DNA of 64,000 nucleotides from Malacoraja senta (GCA_038087875.1 CM075994.1:3164001-3228000), one strand, 5' to 3'. Positions 36,629-49,584 are shown, numbered from the stretch's first letter. Made by a program: numbers and translations. Notes: a model not told the origin generated them from the letters alone.

Positions 36629-37270
36629 CTCCACCCTCTGCAGCATCCTGTACAGAAGCACCTATGACTAAAATCGTGAAAACGTTCAACACATTTACTT
36701 TATATGGCTGCTCATAATTTTCAACATGTTGCATACCTTCCTTTTGGTCGCAAACTATTGCCTCCATCCGATAATACCCCAAGTTGTTTAATGCTTCATG
36801 TGCATGTCTTTCCATACATGGTCTGAGATAGTTACATTTGTTTCATACGATATATTATATTATACACTGTGTGTTTTCGGATATATATTGCAACTGTTCA
36901 ATTCTATCTCAACTGAAAATAATTTAATGTTAATTAGAATGTTTCATGACATCACCTCGCGACAATTTGTATCACTAAATCATTTGTCTTGGTCTGAAAA
37001 TAAGAACCCCTTTGGTTTAATTCTTAACACTTTCCATCATGTGAAGGAGCGCTAAGGCTTAACCTTTTCTTTTTTCAATTCAGATTTGATAACCCTCATA
37101 TTCAGGGGGGACGATTTGATGTACTGTTCCATTTTGCATTACTTTACATCCTGATATTGCAACTAGAGTAGATAATTTCACCAAAGGAGCTAACAACTGC
37201 AATACACATTCGTCCGACTTATTACCAAGGACTAACTTATGACTTCTGCAATATCATTAATTTATATTAG

Positions 37271-37297
37271 ATCTAAAATACCGTGATGCAGATTCAG
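37271..37297 (+). CDS. Candidate micro-exon, 27 nt, phase 1-1, DLKYRDADS
   Basis: tttatattag acceptor; CAG/gtatgt donor; open frame. Confidence 0.6.
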
Positions 37298-38507
37298 GTA
37301 TGTCACAATGCTATGAATTTATTTTCAAGTCTTGGGTGGATTCGATAAATGAATGTACTTTACATAATTGCGCAAATGCACACATGTACTTTGTGGTTGC
37401 ACATGTTTTCTTACGTTAAGTAGCGAGATAATAGGTCAGCGGATTTTCCTTCGGTGAGAACTGGAAATGAAGCAACATCTCTTTCGGTATAAGAAATTGC
37501 CGCTCAAGGGAAAACTATATAGACCTCGATTTAGCCATTATTCTAACAAAGAAGCGAGCGTGCTGACTCATTTTCACCACGGTTTCCTCGGGGGGGAATG
37601 CCACCCTAACTCGATGTCCGGAATATAACTTTTGAATGGTCTTAAATGGATGTGTTTAAAATTAGTCAACATTCTCTATGTAACGTCTTGTTATTGCTGA
37701 TTCTACTTCAAATGTTCATCTTCCGGTGATTCTTCGGAGCGATTTGTATTGGCTCATGCACAATTTGAAATGCCACGCCTCAAGGAAACTGAATAGATTC
37801 TGTGTCAAACCAGTATTTTATTTTTCCCAACACAGCCTCCTCTCAAATCCTAATGGATTCTACAGTTCAAGCAAGCTTGACTGGCATTAAACAAACTCAG
37901 ACAAACAACCCTTCCTGCGAAATGCAGAAAATGGCGTCGATTCCAATATACATGTTCGGACCCCAAACTACACTTACATCTCTTATTTGCGAATGGAAAA
38001 TACTGACCCATATATGAGCAATATTTAATCGTACATCATCAGGTGTGGAAATGTGAACAGTAGCTCATTAATTTCACAAATGCTTATTCAAGTCACTGGC
38101 ATTATTTCAACCTGTCTGACACTGCAGACATGAGCCTGGGTCTGTAAGATGCAGAAATGATCTATGTGATACATTTCGAATCGATCGCCGACGTTTATTC
38201 CAAGTAAAATTGAGGTTATGCATAACTGACAGGAATCCCACTTCAATACTATGTAAGTGAACGTTAATACCAATGTATTGAACTATCACTCTATCAATCT
38301 ATTACGCGGCTCCATAAAGAAAACAGTGCAAATACATATTTTACCATTTAATAATAGTATGGTTGCAACAGTTGTTAATTCAAGAAAGCAAACGGTGGAT
38401 TAAGAGCAAGGTGTTTCCTATCTGCTCCTCTTCTTTTCCGCAACTCTGAAACAGTGGTATTTAATCTCGGGGTCTGATTTGTCTCCAATCGGCAACTGCA
38501 CGTGCAG

Positions 38508-38534
38508 TCAATACGGATTTCTTTAGCCAGCATG
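38508..38534 (+). CDS. Candidate micro-exon, 27 nt, phase 1-1, VNTDFFSQH (an alternative acceptor gives 8 nt from 38527)
   Basis: Consensus ATG/gtgagt donor; gtgcag acceptor. Confidence 0.45.
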
Positions 38535-39324
38535 GTGAGTTGGACAAAGAAAAATCATGTTCCAAAAATAAACAAATACATTTGAGTAATGGCACGCTTA
38601 CATAATTTCAATGTATAAAGAACTAACAAGTTAAGATATCAGTTGCATCACATGTTGTTTATATTGCTTATGTAAATCATTTAAAGTGTGTGTTTAATAG
38701 GCCACTGTGGGCCCCTTTAAGAATATCAACGGTTTAAGTGTGCATTAAATATTTCGATTTTCTTCGAAAAGCGATAGTGACTAATGCCACAGAAGTACTG
38801 CAAACAAACTACCAAAGCAATTAACGTTTTACACTAAATCTATTCCGCAAGTAGGTAGGATATCATGAAGGGGAGCTTTCTTAGCATATTGTGGGCTTTT
38901 GTGTACAATAGTACATTGCTGCATTGTGGCGAATTTAATTTGGGCATTTTTGCATTCGAAATCCTTTGGATCGAATGAATACACGTGAATCTAAAAATGA
39001 ATAAAATTACAATTTTAAGCTTGGCGCAGATATTAACCAAAAATATCCCTCAGCAATAAAATAAAGTTTTCCATCATATGGAAGAAATCGTTAAAGAAAT
39101 AGGGAATACTGCACTTGGTAATAACGAGAGAACTCCCAAATTTATCGTGCAGAACATACTTACCAATTAATTTGCACATCGATTTCTGCTAAACAAATAT
39201 TTAATCTTCGCATTGGAATGCGAAACACACCTAGTATAGATAAAAGTTCGGCTTCGTGCTACTCTTCAGCATGTAACGAAATAATTTCTGACGTAACAAT
39301 TCCCATTAAAATGCTCTTTTTCAG

Positions 39325-39345
39325 ATGATACTGGATTGTGGAAAA
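39325..39345 (+). CDS. Candidate micro-exon, 21 nt, phase 1-1, DDTGLWK
   Basis: ctctttttcag acceptor; gtaaga donor. Confidence 0.6.
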
Positions 39346-39619
39346 GTAAGATTGCTTTAACTTCCCACCAAAACGCGTGTTTATTTTCATCATGGATGTT
39401 GGATATTTCTATTGACTAGCATCGCGAAACACATCCACCTTAGTTTTAATGAATAATTAATTATTCTCGTCATTTCTCAATGGGTTATTTTCTCCATTCA
39501 CAGTGGTTATTTGCAGTCGCACTAAACAAGATTATATATTGTCGAATGAAAAGCCTCAGTTATGTCTTCTTTACTGAAGGAGATTTTCTTTCGAGAGATT
39601 TGCATTAGTTGTGCCAATA

Positions 39620-42105
39620 ATAGAGTCTTTATAATTTGCCGAACCAGTCCCTGATACAACCAGTAAATTTGTTCTTTACTGTAAACCCGTAGACTTCAAA
39701 GCGTGTACTCATTGACAAACCGAATCTCCTCAAACCTCGAAGGAAGTAGAGGCGATGTTGGGCCTTCTTTATGATTGCATCAATGTGCTGCGTCCAGAAC
39801 AAATATTCAGCGATACGCAACCGCAGGAATTTGATGCGTTTGACACTCTGCACCGCCATCCTGTCAATGAAGACAGATTTGTCGAACCTCAACCTCCCTC
39901 TTCCAAAGTCTACAATCCGTTTAGTGATTTTACTGATATTGAGAACAAGTATGTTCTTTTGGCACCATTTGGATCCATCGATCTCCCTCCTATACACCGA
40001 CTAATCTCCATCTATAATTTGGTGGTGTCATCGACGAAATTGAAGATGGAGTTGGAGCAATGCCCCGCTACACAGTTGTGAATACAGAGTGAGTAGAGTA
40101 AAGGCTATGCTTGAAGCCTTGTGGTACTCATGTTCTAATGGATATCGAGGAGGATGTTTTGCGCGAATTCGTACAGATTGTGGTGCGCTGATGAGGAAGT
40201 AGACGATTCAGACGCAGAGGGATGCGCAGATACCCACTTTACTGCGCATGGTAACTAGTTTGGAGGGGTGAAAGGTGTTGAATGCCTCACTGTAGTCTAG
40301 AAGCAGCACACTGGCGTTTGTGTTTTTATTGTCGCAGTCGCCTAGTGATGAGTGGAGGGCCAGTATCATAGAAACATAGAAAATAGGTGCAGGAGCCTTC
40401 GAGCCTGCACCGCCATTCGACCCTTCGAGCCTGCACCGCCATTCGATATGATCATGGCTGATCATCCAACTCAGTATCCTGTACCTGCTTTCTCTCCATA
40501 CCCTCTGATCCCTTTAGCTACAAGGGCCACATCTAATTCCCTCTTAAATATAGCCAATGAACTGGCCTCAACTACCTTCTGTGGCAGAGAATTCCAGAGA
40601 TTCACCACTCTCTGTGTGAAAAAATGTTTTCCTCATCTCGGTCCTAAAATATTTCCCCGTTATCCTTAAACTGTGGCCCCTTGTTCTGGACTTCCCCAAC
40701 ATCGGGAACAATCTTCCTGCATCTAGCCTGTCCAACCCCTTAAGAATTTTGTACGTTTCTATAAGATCCCCCCTCAATCTTCTAAGTTCTAGCGAGTACA
40801 AACCGAGTCAATCCAGTCTATCTTCATATGAAAGTCCTGACATCCCAGGAATCAGTCTGGTGAACCTTCCCTGTACTCCCTCTATGGCAAGGATGTCTTT
40901 CCTCAGATTAGGAGACCAAAACTGTACGCAAACTCCAGTTGTGGTCTCACCAAGACCCTGTACAACTGCAGTAGAACCTCCCTGCTCCTATACTCAAATC
41001 CTTTTGCTATGAATGCTAACATACCATTCGCCTTCTTCACTGCCTGCTGCACCTGCATGCCTACTTTTAATGACTGGTGTACCATGACACCCAGGTCTCG
41101 CTTGCATCTCCCCTTTCCCTAATCGGCCACCATTCAGATAATAGTCTACTTTCCTGTGTTTGCCACCAAAGTGGATAACCTCACAATTATCCACATTATA
41201 CTGCATCTGCCATGCATTTGCCCACTCACCCAGCCTATCCAAGTCACCTTGCAGCCTCCGAGCATCCTCCTCACAGCTAACACTGCCCCCAGCTTCGTGT
41301 CATCCGCAAACTTGGAGATGTTGCATTCAGTTCCCTCGTCCAAATCATTAATATATATCGTAAATAGCTGGGGTCCCAGCACTGAGCCTTGCGGTACCCC
41401 ACTAATCACTGCCTGCCATTGTGAAAAGGACCCGTTTACTCCTACTCTTTGCTTCCTGTCTACCAGCCATTTCTCTATCCACATCAATACTGAACCCCCA
41501 ATACAGTGTGCTTTAAGTTTGTATACTAATCTCTTATGTGGGACCTTGTCGAAAGCCTTCTGAAAGTCCAGATATAACACATCCACTGGTTCTCCCTTGT
41601 CCACTCTACTAGTTACATCCTCGAAAAATTCTATAAGATTCGTCAGACATGATTTATCTTTCATAAAACCATGCTGATTTTGTCCAATGATTTCACCACT
41701 TTCCAAACGTGCTGCTATCCCATCTTTAATAATTGATTCTAGCAGTTTCCCCACTATCGACGTTAGACTAACTGGTCTGTAATTCCCCGTTTTCTCTCTC
41801 CCTCCCTTTTTAAAAAGTGGGGTTACATTAGATACCCTCCAATCCTCAGGAACTACTGCAGAATCTAAAGAGTTTTGAAAAAATTATCACTAATGCATCC
41901 ACTATTTCTGGGGCTACTTCCTTAAGTACTCTGGGATGCAGCCGATCTGGCCCTGGGGATTTATCGGCCTTTAATCCATTCAATGTATAATCCGTTGATC
42001 TTTTGCGGAAGTAGGCATCGTGTAGTGGGTCCAGATTCTTGTTGAGGTAGGAATGAATATGCGGCAATATCAATCGTTCAAAACACTTTGTGATCACGGA
42101 CGTTA
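39620..42105 (-). mobile_element. Old Rex/Babar-type LINE (39620-40365, 41986-42105) split by a CR1 insertion
   Basis: WTQHIDAIIKKAQHRLYFLR; LLDYSEAFNT; VAITSVITKCFERL...LDPL. Confidence 0.8.
40367..41985 (-). mobile_element. 5'-truncated CR1 LINE (same subfamily as 1150-4175)
   Basis: RT ORF fragments 41146-41754 and neighbours; (CATAGAAA)n tail; short internal duplication in the 3' UTR. Confidence 0.94.
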
Positions 42106-42508
42106 TTGCCACCAACGATAATGCTTCTTGAGAATTCTTCAGTATCAGGCATCAGTATCAGACGTCATGTAAGTCTGAATTTGCTCAGGGTTTTATTTCA
42201 CTTTTGCGGAATAAGAAAATGGTTGGATGTGAAACAACTCAAGTGCTTATTTGCAATGGCTCATAATGTTCGAAAAGTTCTAAGTACGGACGCCTTAAAA
42301 AACCACACCCAGATTCTGCTGGCTTGTAACGCATCACCAATCCCACAAATTCCGAAACAACTTTAATTATCTCACTGGATGAGGTAGATGTTCGCGAATT
42401 AAATCTTCAAATTCCAACAAAACTCGCAGATAGTTTACAGTATATTAGAGGGAAACCTCTATTTTCAAATTGCATTTTAGATCACCTAGCTCGTCCGTTT
42501 CTTCCCAG

Positions 42509-42529
42509 TCGACTCAGGACAATATATAG
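42509..42529 (+). CDS. Candidate micro-exon, 21 nt, phase 1-1, xDSGQYI
   Basis: gtttcttcccag acceptor; TAG/gtattt donor. Confidence 0.55.
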   Translation, partial: STQDNI

Positions 42530-43100
42530 GTATTTGGCTACAATTTGGCTTACATTTATTCTGTGTATATGCATTCGCCGAGAATACTTTAATTAGCGGG
42601 ATGTTGTTGCATTGGCCCGCACATCACCTATACCCCGTCGGAAAGTGCAATTTAATTGCGCCTGGTTTCTCAAGCAGCGCTAAACTACGTCCCAGCCAGG
42701 CATACCTCTCCGGCACGAATACACAAATCACTTTCAATGCTCCCAACGGATGGGAATATTGACATATTCAATATTGCATTAAAATATATGCACAAAAACA
42801 AAACTGGATAAAATTATTTAAAGAGATCGGTTGAATGCATACGCAAATCCATTCAGTTAGATTACAGTTAGTTGACCGGTTCTTCCGTTTCTTTTTCCAT
42901 TTTAAAGAACAGGTCATGTGTTGAGTGCTGGGTGGAATGTATATTCGCCTCCATAGGCTAGTCTGCAGCGACACTCTCTGAACGTATGCACGACTGCGAA
43001 CAGTACCTGCACGCAGTCCCGATTACATTTGGAATTATTGGTAATTGTTCACCTATTCCTGACAAATATATTCTGAACCGTTCAATTCTCGTTGCTACAG

Positions 43101-43127
43101 AAATAAAGCTGCGGTACCAGGAACGAG
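43101..43127 (+). CDS. Candidate micro-exon, 27 nt, phase 1-1, EIKLRYQER
   Basis: ttctcgttgctacag acceptor; GAG/gtaaaa donor. Confidence 0.6.
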
Positions 43128-43505
43128 GTAAAATACTCTACCGTTGACGTACAGTATTATATGCTCAGTAATAATGAAGTCGCCCGACTACTTTCCAGGT
43201 TTAAAGTGGGTGTGGGTCCATGGCGAATTAATAGTCATTTGGCACTGGCAATATGAAGCATCATACCTTTATCGAAAAGGGATAATGCGACGTTGGACAA
43301 AAATATCATTCAAATGGAATATGATCTGCAGACGATCAAGACCACTAAAATATTTAGTTCGCGTAAAATAATAATTTAAATGAATTATTCCTGACACAAT
43401 GAGGAAATCAGTGACGATTAAAGGTAATACGTTGTAAATGAAGACGGTACACGATTTCGATAGTACCCAACGGTCCTGATAATCTGACGGTTTGAGCAAT
43501 ACCCT

Positions 43506-43612
43506 TGAATGAATGAATGAATGAATGAATGAATGAATGAATGAATGAATGAATGAATGAATGAATGAATGAATGAATGAATAAATAATAATGAATGAAT
43601 GAATGAATGAAT
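43506..43612 (+). repeat. (GAAT)n microsatellite
   Basis: Directly visible tandem tetramer. Confidence 0.98.
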
Positions 43613-43686
43613 AATTTTCACGAAACGTTATTTCTCTACTGGCAGTGTGAACTGCTAGTAGAGAAATAACGTTTCGTGAAAATTAT
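43611..43686. repeat. Near-perfect 36-bp-arm inverted repeat
   Basis: ataattttcacgaaacgttatttctctactggcagt-gtga-actgctagtagagaaataacgtttcgtgaaaattat. Confidence 0.92.
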
Positions 43687-43849
43687 CTTAGCATGCTCCG
43701 TTTCAAATTGCATATATTTTTAATCGCTGAAGCCACATATTCCACGACTTTTCTGGGTATTCAATCGACCTGTTATCCACACTTAACAGTCACATCTTTA
43801 TTTGATGCAGATGTGGTCGGCCGCAAGATTACTCCAAGCTCTCCGAAAG

Positions 43850-43867
43850 AAGAGGATATATTGAACG
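43850..43867 (+). CDS. Candidate micro-exon, 18 nt, phase 1-1, EEDILN
   Basis: ctctccgaaag acceptor (weak); G/gtaatt donor. Confidence 0.45.
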
Positions 43868-44402
43868 GTAATTTACGATTTTCGCATTTACTGAGCCTGT
43901 ATGTACTCCATGCTATGAGCAATGTTCACTTCAGAATATGATTCATAACACTCACTATCTACTAACGTGTATTGTATGTGTACTATACATTGGTTGACTG
44001 GATTGTCGTGCACCACATTTCAGTCTGCTTGACGGGGAACTTGAGCTTATCTTCAGCCAGACGCACTAGTTGTAACAACCCAATCTGTAGCTGTCCTTCG
44101 TTCTCATTCAAATGGAAACGATGATGTAGACAGCGGAGAGTTTCAATAAAAATAGGAGAGTTTCAATTTTTGTCGTTGTATGCGCAGGTTCTTGATTATG
44201 TTTCGCTTTGCTTGCTTGCAAATTAATCAGATCCATACTAACGGAAACTAACCAACAAAATACGCACTACAACCGAAACACCTTCTAGCTGTTATGCTTC
44301 TTTACGTATGACCAAAAATGTGTTGTGGAGAAACATTATATAATTTTATGTGACTATTTCTACTTTCCATTATATTAATACGAACCATATGCCACTTTAC
44401 AG

Positions 44403-44423
44403 AAGAAGACGAACCAACGAAAG
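44403..44423 (+). CDS. Candidate micro-exon, 21 nt, phase 1-1, EEDEPTK
   Basis: cactttacag acceptor; consensus AAG/gtaagt donor. Confidence 0.65.
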
Positions 44424-44504
44424 GTAAGTTGTGTATCTCATTGCAATATTCATAATTTTTCAAAAATAAATCTGATGCTTTTGATAATAAATGCTTAGAT
44501 AGAA

Positions 44505-44770
44505 ACTTAGAAAATATAGACATAGAAAATAGGTGCAGGAGGAGGCCATTCGGCCTATCGAGCCAGCACCACCATTCATTGTGATCATGGATGATCGTCC
44601 CCAATCAATAATCCGGACCTGCCTTCTCCCCATATCCCTTGATCACACCAGCCACTAGAGCTCTATCTAACTATCTTTCAAAACCATCCAGTGATTTGGC
44701 CTCCACTGCCCACTCTGGCAGGGAATTCCGACAATTTCACAACTCTCTGGATGAAAAAGTTGTTCTCACA
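44505..44770 (-). mobile_element. CR1 3' end fragment
   Basis: catagaaaataggtgcagg tail and 3' UTR as in the other CR1 copies. Confidence 0.85.
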
Positions 44771-45075
44771 AATATACAAGCTAATTGACTACCTACTCAT
44801 GGAACACATAGTACGTCCCCCCTAACATACTTTAACTATAGAATTGTGCTAGACATACAATGTGTTAGCGGTCAGATGTTAGTTGCTCTCGCTCCTCGCT
44901 GGATTAATCCCAGCGTCAAAAAGCAAGTTATTTGCGTTGAGACGCTTAACATACATAACATCTCGGCCCTTTGTTTTATATAAGATGTGTCCAATAACGG
45001 CAATGGCACGTTCACAAAAAATCCACTCCATCCCCAGCACCACGTGGTAGAAGATATTAATCTATCCTACAACAG

Positions 45076-45096
45076 CTGAAGTTCAGGGAGACAATG
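45076..45096 (+). CDS. Candidate micro-exon, 21 nt, phase 1-1, AEVQGDN
   Basis: tctatcctacaacag acceptor; G/gttaaa donor (moderate). Confidence 0.45.
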
Positions 45097-45494
45097 GTTA
45101 AACGAACATCAGTAAATAACAGGCAACATCAGCTCAGGAATGGTACATCTTAACGATTATTGGGCTGCATTCTCTGTACAATAATATGATTCAAGCAGAT
45201 TATAAAATTCGTATTAACAATTCTGTTTACGAAAGAGAAATACGGCACAGACATCCGGAAGTTATGCATCATTCGCTGAATTAATTGACTGCTTGCAACC
45301 TACCTCCCATACGCACATGACCACATATTCTAGGGGAGGTTGTGAGGAATCTGACAGGATTGTTGGGAAGAAACCTGAATTATTGCACGGTTTATGTAAA
45401 AGTTAGAGCTTGGTGAGCTGTGAGCTGACTCAATGATGAAATAAAACTGCGTAATAGGATAGAACCGATTAATACTCTTCTTTAAACTCAAAAG

Positions 45495-45506
45495 ATGCAG
45501 ATCCCG
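45495..45506 (+). CDS. Candidate micro-exon, 12 nt, phase 1-1, DADP
   Basis: ctcttctttaaactcaaaag acceptor; G/gtgaga donor; resembles the end of exon 37271-37297. Confidence 0.4.
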
Positions 45507-45923
45507 GTGAGAAGACAGAATATTGAATTGAAGCACGTCTCCAGAAAAAAGGCAAAGGAAAAGAATCAAGACGAATCGGCGTCTTGATTTCTCCATGGAA
45601 TGACCTGCTTGAATTATGAAAATTGCTTCTGCAATATGTATAATCAACTGAGATATTTGCATTGGTATTATTTTTAAAAAATGAAATTCGCTATGCCAAC
45701 CTTCAAAATTGCGAACAAAATACAACGAGTTATAAGTAACCTGCATATGTTAACGTAATGCATTTTTCGTGTTTAAATGCAGATACATGCATTCTCTAAG
45801 ATATTAGCCATAAGATTCAAGCCCCCCAATATATTGGAATTTTCAGGCTCATTTACCTGAAATGAATTAACGACGAGGTGGCACAATTGGCACAGGTTCA
45901 AAGATATGATGATTTAATGCGCG

Positions 45924-45929
<6 letters not shown>

Positions 45930-45956
<27 letters not shown>

Positions 45957-46380
45957 GATTGTATTTTAAGGGCGCCCAATACCGAGGTCTCTAGGACACC
46001 TTACAATTTAAGAAACATATAAACATATAAACATATAATCAGAGTAAAATAAGTTGTAAAGACATCACCAATACATAAATTAAAAACAGAAATTTGATCC
46101 AAAAAAGACAACAACAAAATTCAGAAAACACACATGCAGGGAGAGCAGCGGCAGCGAAACCGCGCCAGCGTACACTTTCCCTTGCGACCGCCATGTTGGA
46201 CATAGACTAACACAGACTAACACAGACACTTAACACTACACACAAAATCATCCACCCACAGTGGTTACCACTGTGGGGGAAGGCACAATGTACAGTCCCC
46301 AACCCAGTTCTCCCCCAGAGTCAGGCCCATCGAGGCCGCCACAGTTGCCTCTAAGGAGGCCCGATGTTCCTGGCGGTCGG
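45930..46380 (-). mobile_element. Unclassified retroelement 3' fragment with (TAA)n tail
   Basis: (TAA)n run followed by an L2-like reversed 3' end and a GC-richer body. Confidence 0.4.
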
Positions 46381-46731
46381 GAGAGTCCTCGCAGCGGCAT
46401 ATGGGAGACAATTACGTGTATTGTCACTAAATTAATTCATTTTTTGAAATTTAAGGATTTTTATAAATGTTAAGATGTTTGCCACCAATTACACAATTAT
46501 GTTATTCACAACTTTGGTGTAACAAAATCGATGTCATTTCTGGAATTGATCTGTGCATTTCTGTTGAACTAAAACCCTACTCTACTTGCCTACTCTTGAA
46601 TTATCAGCCCCTGCCTGCAACATTGCATTAATTTGCATTATGTGTTACTGCCTTGCGGTCCACTATTCGGAAGCGCCTAAACGTTGCCATCCGTGTTCTA
46701 CATCCTGTTATGTTTTACGATCTCTTAAAAG

Positions 46732-46761
46732 AAACAGACGACGACTAAGCAGTCAACCAGG
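46732..46761 (+). other. Exon-like 30-nt segment with an in-frame TAA in phase 1 (ETDDD*AVNQ)
   Basis: tctcttaaaag acceptor; G/gtatgg donor. Confidence 0.35.
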
Positions 46762-47012
46762 GTATGGGAAATGGTTGAGCAGAATAATAAAAATATTTAC
46801 CCAAAACATGACTTACCCTCGCATTTTTTGGCTTTTACGTTTATTCAACGTAATAAATTTCCATCGTACAGATAATTTATTATTAGTATGTATGCAGTAA
46901 TATATCAATTCCGTAAATCCTTTACAAAGGGAAAACAAGTCCAATTATTCGTCGCCTTTGTTGATGATTTTAGTCTTTAGCTGCTTCACAAATGCCCCAT
47001 ATTTGATATAAG

Positions 47013-47041
47013 ATAATGAGGTGAAACATGAGGAATCTACG
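47013..47041 (+). CDS. Candidate exon, 29 nt, phase 1-0, DNEVKHEEST
   Basis: tttgatataag acceptor; ACG/gtaatt donor; frame-compatible with 50753-50792. Confidence 0.45.
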
Positions 47042-47509
47042 GTAATTTTTATAAAATGTTCAATTTCGTTTGCAACTCCTCAGCAAACGAAGTAATCTTG
47101 TCTCAGTGCTGCAAGACGGGGACAATTGTTAACGTTGGGGATTTAAACAGCACGCAACAGTGGTTACCATAGCACGCAACACGGATACGCTCGTCAATCT
47201 AAATCCAACAAATCGCCACCTTGATATTCTTCATATGACCTGGCGAGATTCCGCGTTGTGCAGGTCAATGTCGATATCTAGTAGACATAATCGTTCACCT
47301 AATGAAATATCAAAAATATCTCCATTCCCAGAGACACAATGCATAGTACGATTTTGGTGCTGTGACCGACTTGCTATTGTTCATTGTTGTTTCATGTATC
47401 GCGATGTGATTAAACAAAAACATCTGCTTTCCAATGAGATCACATGCATGAGTACAGTTAAAATATACGCAAGTACAACAGTTAGAACGAAGATAAAAAA
47501 TACTGGATA

Positions 47510-47735
47510 CAGGCCCGTACGAAGGTTTTTGAAAAAGGGGGGTGGCATGACGCGATTACAGTGAAATAGTGCGCGCACAGCACGCATCACGAGCGCGAAG
47601 CGCAAAGTCCCTTGCGGCCGTGGTCCAGGACCCGCTTAAGGGCCCTGGAAGCTCTGGGGTTTTAGAAGCTCTCGGGTGCATTCCGAGCCTTATTTGGAGC
47701 ATTTTTGCACGAATTGTATAACCAATATTTCAGAA
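47510..47735. mobile_element. Possible non-autonomous DNA transposon end fragment
   Basis: Abrupt GC-rich block starting CAGGCCCGTA in AT-rich DNA; no second TIR found. Confidence 0.3.
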
Positions 47736-49584
47736 ATTAACAGGAATCTAAGAGGTAGATGTTTCGCACAAATGGTGGTGGGTGTATGGAACGATCGGCC
47801 AGATCAGGTAGTTAAGGCTGGGATTATCCTAATGTTTAAGAGACATTTGGACACGTACATGGACATTTGTCAAGGAAGATATTACAGCAGTGCTTTGGCA
47901 GGATAGATTAGAGGGCTCGTCTAGGGAGGCTATTTGGGTGGAACTGAGAAATGGGAAAGGTGTAGCAACATTTATAGGGGTGTATTATAGACCGCCAAAT
48001 GGGGAGCGAGAATTGGAAGAGCAAATATGTAAGGAGATAGCAGATATTAGTAGTAAGCACAAGGTAGTGATTGTGGGAGATTTCAATTTTCCACACATAG
48101 ACTGGGAAACACATTCTGTAAAAGGGCTGGATGGTTTGGAGTTTGTAAAATGTGTGCAAGATAGTTTTTTGCAGCAATACATAGAGGTACCTACTAGAGA
48201 AGGGGGCAGTGCTGGACCTCCTGTTAGGAAATGAGACAGGGCAAGTGGCGGAGGTATGCGTCGGGGAGCACTTCGGGTCCAGTGATCACAATACCATTAG
48301 TTTCAATATAATTATGGAGAGGGTCAGAACTGGACCTAGGGTTGAGATTTTTGTTTGGAGAAAGGCTAACTTTGAGGAGATGCGAAAGGATTTAAAAGGA
48401 GTGAATTGGGACATGTTGTTTTATGGGAAGGATGTAGAAGAAAATGGAGGACATTTAAGGGTGAAATTTTAAGAGTACAGAATCTTTATGTCCCTGTTCG
48501 GTTGAAAGGAAATAGTAAAAAATGAAAAGAGCCATGGTTTTCAAGGGAAATTGGACACTTGGTTCGGAAAAAGAGAGAGATCTACAATACTTATAGGCAG
48601 CATGGAGTAAATGAGGTGCTTGAGGAGTATAAAGAATGTAAAAAGAATATTAAGAAAGAAATTAGAAAAGCTAAAAGAAGATATGAGGTTGCTTTGGCAA
48701 GTAAGGTGAAAGTAAATCCAAAGGGTTTCTACAGCTATATTAATAACAAGGAATAAAATCGGTCCATTAGAGAGTCAGAGTGGACAGCTATCTGCAGAGC
48801 CAAAAGAGATGGGGGAGATATTGAACAATTTCTTTTCTTCGGTATTCACGAAGGAGAAGGATATGGATTATGTGAGGTAAGGGAAACGAGCAGAGTAGCA
48901 ATGGAAACTGTGAGATTCAAAGAAGAGGAGGTGCGGACACTTTTGAAAAATATGAAAACGGATAAGTCTCCAGGTCCTGACAGGATATTCCCTAGGACAT
49001 TGAGGGAAGTTAGTGTAGAAATAGCAGGGGCTATGACAGAAATATTTCAAATGTCATTAGAAACGGGAATAGTGCCGGAGGATTGGCGTACTGCGCATGT
49101 TGTTCCGTTGTTTAAAAAGGGTTCGAAGAGTAAACCTAGCAATTATAGACCTGTTAGTTTGACGTCAGGGGTGGGCAATTAATGGAAAGGATACTTAAAG
49201 ATATAATATATATAAGCATCTGGATAAGCAGGGTCTGATTAGGAACAGTCAACATGGATTTGTGCCTGGAAGGTCATGCTTGACTAATCTTCTTGAATTT
49301 TTCGAAGAGGTTACTACGGAAATTGATGAGGGTAAAGCAGTGGATGTTGTCTATATGGACTTCAGTAAGGCCTTTGACAAGGTTCCTCATGGAAGGTTGG
49401 TTAAGAAGATTCAATTGTTGGGTATTAATGGTGGAGTAGCAAGATGGATACAACAGTGGCTGAATGGGAGATGCCAGAGAGTAATGGTGGATGGCTGTTT
49501 GTCAGGTTGGAGGCCGGTGACCAGTGGGGTGCCTCAGGGGTCTGTGTTGGGTCCACTGTTGTTTGTCATGTTACATCAATGATC
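47735..49584 (+). mobile_element. CR1 LINE (APE endonuclease part plus RT, 47866-49584) preceded by an older CR1 3' fragment; runs into the gap
   Basis: [57 protein letters not shown]. Confidence 0.93.

Noticed and set aside
39325..42529. DTGLW/DSGQY as an immunoglobulin F-strand motif
   Set aside because: No following Cys and no other Ig-domain strands; the segments are only 7 codons
43418..43621. FIHS-repeat ORF
   Set aside because: Translation of the (GAAT)n microsatellite
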